From Candidatus Acidiferrum sp. (lineage in GTDB: Bacteria > Methylomirabilota > Methylomirabilia > Rokubacteriales > CSP1-6): DNA of 64,000 nt. The position numbers were made by a program, and so were the translations under genes. The DNA lies in contig DATHGT010000197.1 of NCBI GenBank assembly GCA_035317605.1, forward strand, positions 3,883 to 67,882, read 5' to 3'. The notes under the pieces were generated by a model, which worked only from the letters and a program-made list of their open reading frames with translations, did no database searches and was not told where the DNA came from. Shown in pieces: positions 60,852 through 64,000 of the stretch (the first letter of the stretch is position 1; the number at the start of each line of letters is the position of its first letter).

Positions 60852-61820
60852 TCACCCCTTCAGGATTTCCACGAGCATCGCGGGGTCGATGTTTCCGCCC
60901 GACAGCACGACGCCCACGCGGGCCCCGCGCTCGAGGGGAAGGCGGCCCGAGAGCACGGCGGCGGCGGGGACGGCGCCGGTCGGCTCCACCACGATGCGGA
61001 CGCGGAGGGCGAGGAAGCGCACGGCCTCGATCACCTGGGCGTCGGAGACCAGCGCGACGTCGGCGAGGTTCTGCTTGAGGATCGGAAACGTGAGCGCGCC
61101 CGGTGTCGTGAGTCGGATACCGTCGGCGATGGTGGGCGGTGGCGGGATCGAGACGCGCTCGCCGCGGCGCAACGAGAGATACGTGTCGTTGGCGGTCTCG
61201 GTCTCGACGCCGACGATCATGATGCCGGGTCGAAGCGCGCGGGCCACCGTGCTGCAGCCGGCCATGAGCCCGCCGCCGCCCACCGGCGTGACCAGCACGT
61301 CGAGCTCCCCCACGTCGTCGAGCAGCTCGAGCGCGGCGGTGCCCTGCCCCGCCATGATCGCGTAGTCGTCGAAGGGCGGCACCACCACGCGGCCGGTTTC
61401 ATCGGCGATGCGCCGGGCCAGCGCCTCACGGTCGTCCTTCTGCCGGTCGTAGAGCACCACCTCGGCCCCGTAGCCCCGCGTCGCCTCCAGCTTCAGCGCC
61501 GGAGCGTCGGACGGCATGCACACGACCGCGCTGGAGCCGGTGAGGCGCGCGGCCAGCGCCACCCCCTGAGCATGGTTGCCCGAGGAGAACGCCACTACCC
61601 CGCACCGCCGCTCCTCGTCGGTCAAGGTCAGCAGCTTGTTGAGCGCGCCCCGGATCTTGAACGAGCCCGCACGCTGGAGATTCTCGCACTTGAAGAAGAC
61701 CGTGTGGCCTGACGCGTCGTCGAACGCCTGCGAGGCGATGACCGGCGTGCGATAGACGCGGTCGCGGAGCCGCGCCGAGGCGGCCCGCACGTCGTCGAGA
61801 GTCAGCGCCGGTGTGGTCAT
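60852..61820 (-). CDS. PLP-dependent threonine/serine dehydratase (serine racemase-like)
   Basis: KCENLQRAGSFKIRGA, FSSGNHAQG, PVGGGGL, SGGN. Confidence 0.93.
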   Translation of the reverse strand: MTTPALTLDDVRAASARLRDRVYRTPVIASQAFDDASGHTVFFKCENLQRAGSFKIRGALNKLLTLTDEERRCGVVAFSSGNHAQGVALAARLTGSSAVVCMPSDAPALKLEATRGYGAEVVLYDRQKDDREALARRIADETGRVVVPPFDDYAIMAGQGTAALELLDDVGELDVLVTPVGGGGLMAGCSTVARALRPGIMIVGVETETANDTYLSLRRGERVSIPPPPTIADGIRLTTPGALTFPILKQNLADVALVSDAQVIEAVRFLALRVRIVVEPTGAVPAAAVLSGRLPLERGARVGVVLSGGNIDPAMLVEILKG

Positions 61821-61882
61821 GGCCGACGGATTATGCCGCGCCCGCGCGGCCCGCCGCAATCGCGCTTCGGTATACTCGTCGC

Positions 61883-62848
61883 ATGCCGTATCGACCGATC
61901 GCCAGCCTGATGCTCGCCGTGCTCCTGGCGGGATGCTCAGTCATCTCGCTCGACCTGAACCCGAAGATCCGCCCGCTGACCGAGGAAACCGTCGAGGGCA
62001 AGAGCGGCCCCAAGATCCTCTTGATGGACATCTCGGGCATGCTCAGCGACGAGGGCGCCCAGCCGATCCTCAACCTCGGCAACACGCCGGTCCGGGTGCC
62101 CATGCTTGTGCGCGTCCGCGAGGAGCTGAAGAAGGCCGAGGACGACAAGCAGGTCCGCGCGCTGATCGTGCGGATCAACAGCCCGGGCGGCACCGTCACC
62201 GCGTCGGACATCATGTACCGCGAGATCCTATCCTTCAAGGATCGCACACGCCGGCCCGTCGTGGCGGTCATGATGGACGTCGCCGCGTCCGGCGGTTACT
62301 ACGTGGCCCTCGCCGCCGACACCATCATCGCCCATCCCACCACGGTCACCGGCTCGATCGGCGTGATCATGCTCAGCGTCAACGCCGAGGGCCTCATGCA
62401 GAAGATCGGCGTGGCCGCCGTCACCATCAAGTCCGCCGAGCACAAGGACATGGGCAGCCCCTTCCGCACCCTGACGCCCGAGGAGCGCGCGATGTTCCAA
62501 TCGGTGATCGACGAGCTCCAGCGCCAGTTCCTGGCCAAGGTGATCGCCCACCGCAAGCTCGCCCCGGAGACCGCGCGCAAGCTCGCCGACGGCCGCGTCT
62601 ACACCGCCGACCAAGCGCTGGCCCACGGCCTCGTGGACCGAATCGGCTACATGGACGAAGCCGTCGCCACCGCCAAGAAGGCCGCCGGCCTCGACGACGC
62701 GCGCGTGATCGTCTACCACCGCCCCCGCCAGTACCGCGCGACCTACTACGCGCGCGCCGAAGACACGTCCGCCAGCGCCGACGCCCTTTCGGGGATCGCC
62801 TCGTTCGCCGCGTCAGGCCCGCGCTTTCTTTATCTCTGGTGGCCGTAG
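61883..62848 (+). CDS. sppA: Signal peptide peptidase SppA (36K type), lipoprotein
   Basis: Lipobox LLAGC, RINSPGGTV, AASGGYYVA, TGSIGV, KDMGSPFR, DGRVYT. Confidence 0.93.
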   Translation: MPYRPIASLMLAVLLAGCSVISLDLNPKIRPLTEETVEGKSGPKILLMDISGMLSDEGAQPILNLGNTPVRVPMLVRVREELKKAEDDKQVRALIVRINSPGGTVTASDIMYREILSFKDRTRRPVVAVMMDVAASGGYYVALAADTIIAHPTTVTGSIGVIMLSVNAEGLMQKIGVAAVTIKSAEHKDMGSPFRTLTPEERAMFQSVIDELQRQFLAKVIAHRKLAPETARKLADGRVYTADQALAHGLVDRIGYMDEAVATAKKAAGLDDARVIVYHRPRQYRATYYARAEDTSASADALSGIASFAASGPRFLYLWWP

Positions 62849-63023
62849 TTTCCGAGAGGGCGAGCATGGTCCCCGTCCGACCCTCGTCGCGCGCCTGATC
62901 GTGTGCCTGCGCTTCACAGACAAACCCCAAGCGAAACTAACTCAAAACAGGGGCGTGTACGCGCCGGCGGGCCGCTGGTAGGCTCAGTGAGCGTCACGTT
63001 CGCAGCCCCTGGGAGACACGGGC

Positions 63024-63632
63024 ATGGCCTTCGTTTACGCACTCAAAAGCGGCGATGAAGATCTCTTCAAGATCGGGCGAACGCGGGGCGATCTGGAGGC
63101 AAGAATCAAGCAGCTGTCCACTGGCAACCCGCATCCCCTCACTAGGTTCGACGTCATTGAGACCGAACACGATGCCCTCTGTGAGACATACCTTCACAGA
63201 AAGTTGCGGTCCAAGCGATGCGTTGATGGCGAGGCCCGGGAGTTCTTCGCTGTACAACCGACCGAGCTTGAGGATGCTATTCGAGACGCACGAGAGTTCC
63301 TGGATGAATTCGTCCCGAAGCAAAGGGAAGCCGATCGCCTCGCCAAGGAGGAAAGCGATGGCCATATTCTGAAGCCAGGACAGGGAGAGTGGGAGGCCTA
63401 TCGGAGACTTCTTCAGATTCGCGAGCACGAGGACGACCTCAGCCTTGACCGGGCGCTCGTCGAGACCAGACTCAAGCTGGTGATGGGTAGGGCGGCCGGC
63501 CTGGACCGAGTGGCGACGTGGAAGAATCACACGGTGAAGAAGTTTGACGAAGCTGCCTTCAGGCTCGACGAGCCTGATCGATTTCAGAACTTTGTGCGTG
63601 AATCCCGAATCCGGAAGTTCCGTTTGCTCTGA
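63024..63632 (+). CDS. T5orf172/GIY-YIG-superfamily nuclease with a C-terminal tail resembling that of YqaJ-family phage recombinases
   Basis: FVYALK...FKIGRT...ARIKQLSTGNP...E..LH......EFF; C-terminal LKLVMG...ATWK...FD...F..DEPD.F..FV...R.FRL; codon usage shifts away from GC3. Confidence 0.75.
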   Translation: MAFVYALKSGDEDLFKIGRTRGDLEARIKQLSTGNPHPLTRFDVIETEHDALCETYLHRKLRSKRCVDGEAREFFAVQPTELEDAIRDAREFLDEFVPKQREADRLAKEESDGHILKPGQGEWEAYRRLLQIREHEDDLSLDRALVETRLKLVMGRAAGLDRVATWKNHTVKKFDEAAFRLDEPDRFQNFVRESRIRKFRLL

Positions 63633-63683
63633 GACGGTGGTCTTTGGGGTGTCTGTCGCATGTTAGGCGCAGATAGAGGGTAC

Positions 63684-64000
63684 ATGGCTCACTCGCGATC
63701 GACGGAAGACATCCTTCGCGGCGCCCGCGACACCCTTCGCACGGCGGAGCTCGGCCTCGCGGATCTTATGGGCGATGACCCGGGCCGGCGAATCCCAGGA
63801 TTGCGGAACCTGGTTGTTTTCAGCAGGGCTGTGACCAACGTCCTGCGGAATCTCCGATCCCCTGAGGCCGGGTTTGATGCTTGGTACGAACCCGATGTCG
63901 TGGAAATGCGGGCTGACCCCTTGATGAGGTACTTCTACAAGCTCCGATCAGCGATTCTCAAGCAGGGCGAGGTGACAACGACTTCGTCGGTGAACGTCGA
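63684..64000 (+). CDS. Hypothetical protein, truncated by window edge
   Basis: Manual translation MAHSRSTEDIL...GLRNLVVFSRAVTNVLRNLRS...FDAWY...DPLMRYFYKLRSAILKQG; open to the end; SD-like AGAGGG. Confidence 0.7.
   Translation, partial: MAHSRSTEDILRGARDTLRTAELGLADLMGDDPGRRIPGLRNLVVFSRAVTNVLRNLRSPEAGFDAWYEPDVVEMRADPLMRYFYKLRSAILKQGEVTTTSSVNV

Noticed and set aside
62850-63023. tRNA or att site at the island boundary
   Set aside because: No cloverleaf, T-loop GTTCRA or CCA end recognisable; no integrase in the window.
62994-63530. Minus-strand 178-aa ORF
   Set aside because: Antisense to the T5orf172 gene, with no motifs.

Overview
High-GC bacterial chromosomal window with densely packed genes, mostly on the minus strand. 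Gene content and style suggest Methylomirabilota/Rokubacteria or a similar soil lineage; this is inference and cannot be proven here. Left to right it holds: (1) a heme operon (ccsA-hemA-hemC-hemD-hemB) running into CymR-like Rrf2, cysK, a CysO-like sulfur carrier and a JAB peptidase; (2) a Tat-exported Cys-type formate dehydrogenase with an NrfD-type anchor, FdhE and FdhD; (3) ppdK-ilvBNC-psd-pssA-leuA-leuB-asd-truA; (4) an oxalate-oxidoreductase-like three-subunit OFOR with a tripartite tricarboxylate transporter, a TerC-family protein and a FadR regulator; (5) MocR-pdxS-pdxT; (6) an amidase with a small partner; (7) an ASKHA corrinoid activator, double hot-dog and UroD-like trio; (8) ychF, queF and assorted dehydrogenases/hydrolases; (9) a PHA locus (phasin, phaR, phaB, phaJ, phaE, phaC) embedded in fatty-acid genes; (10) at the right edge, a compositionally distinct island starting with a T5orf172/GIY-YIG fusion. 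The best candidate novel signals are four. First, a TGGTCnGACC palindrome is shared by the OOR-like and FDH promoters, suggesting a C2/C1 acid regulon. Second, a family of REP/BIME-like palindromes also sits in frame inside proteins (pdxT, the hot-dog protein, the psd N-terminus). Third, a 38-bp perfect inverted-repeat MITE-like element lies between queF and the SIS gene. Fourth, a leaderless-promoter geometry recurs before about ten genes. No CRISPR, rRNA or tRNA was seen. Start codons were refined by eye and many ORF-track entries are GC-rich shadow frames.
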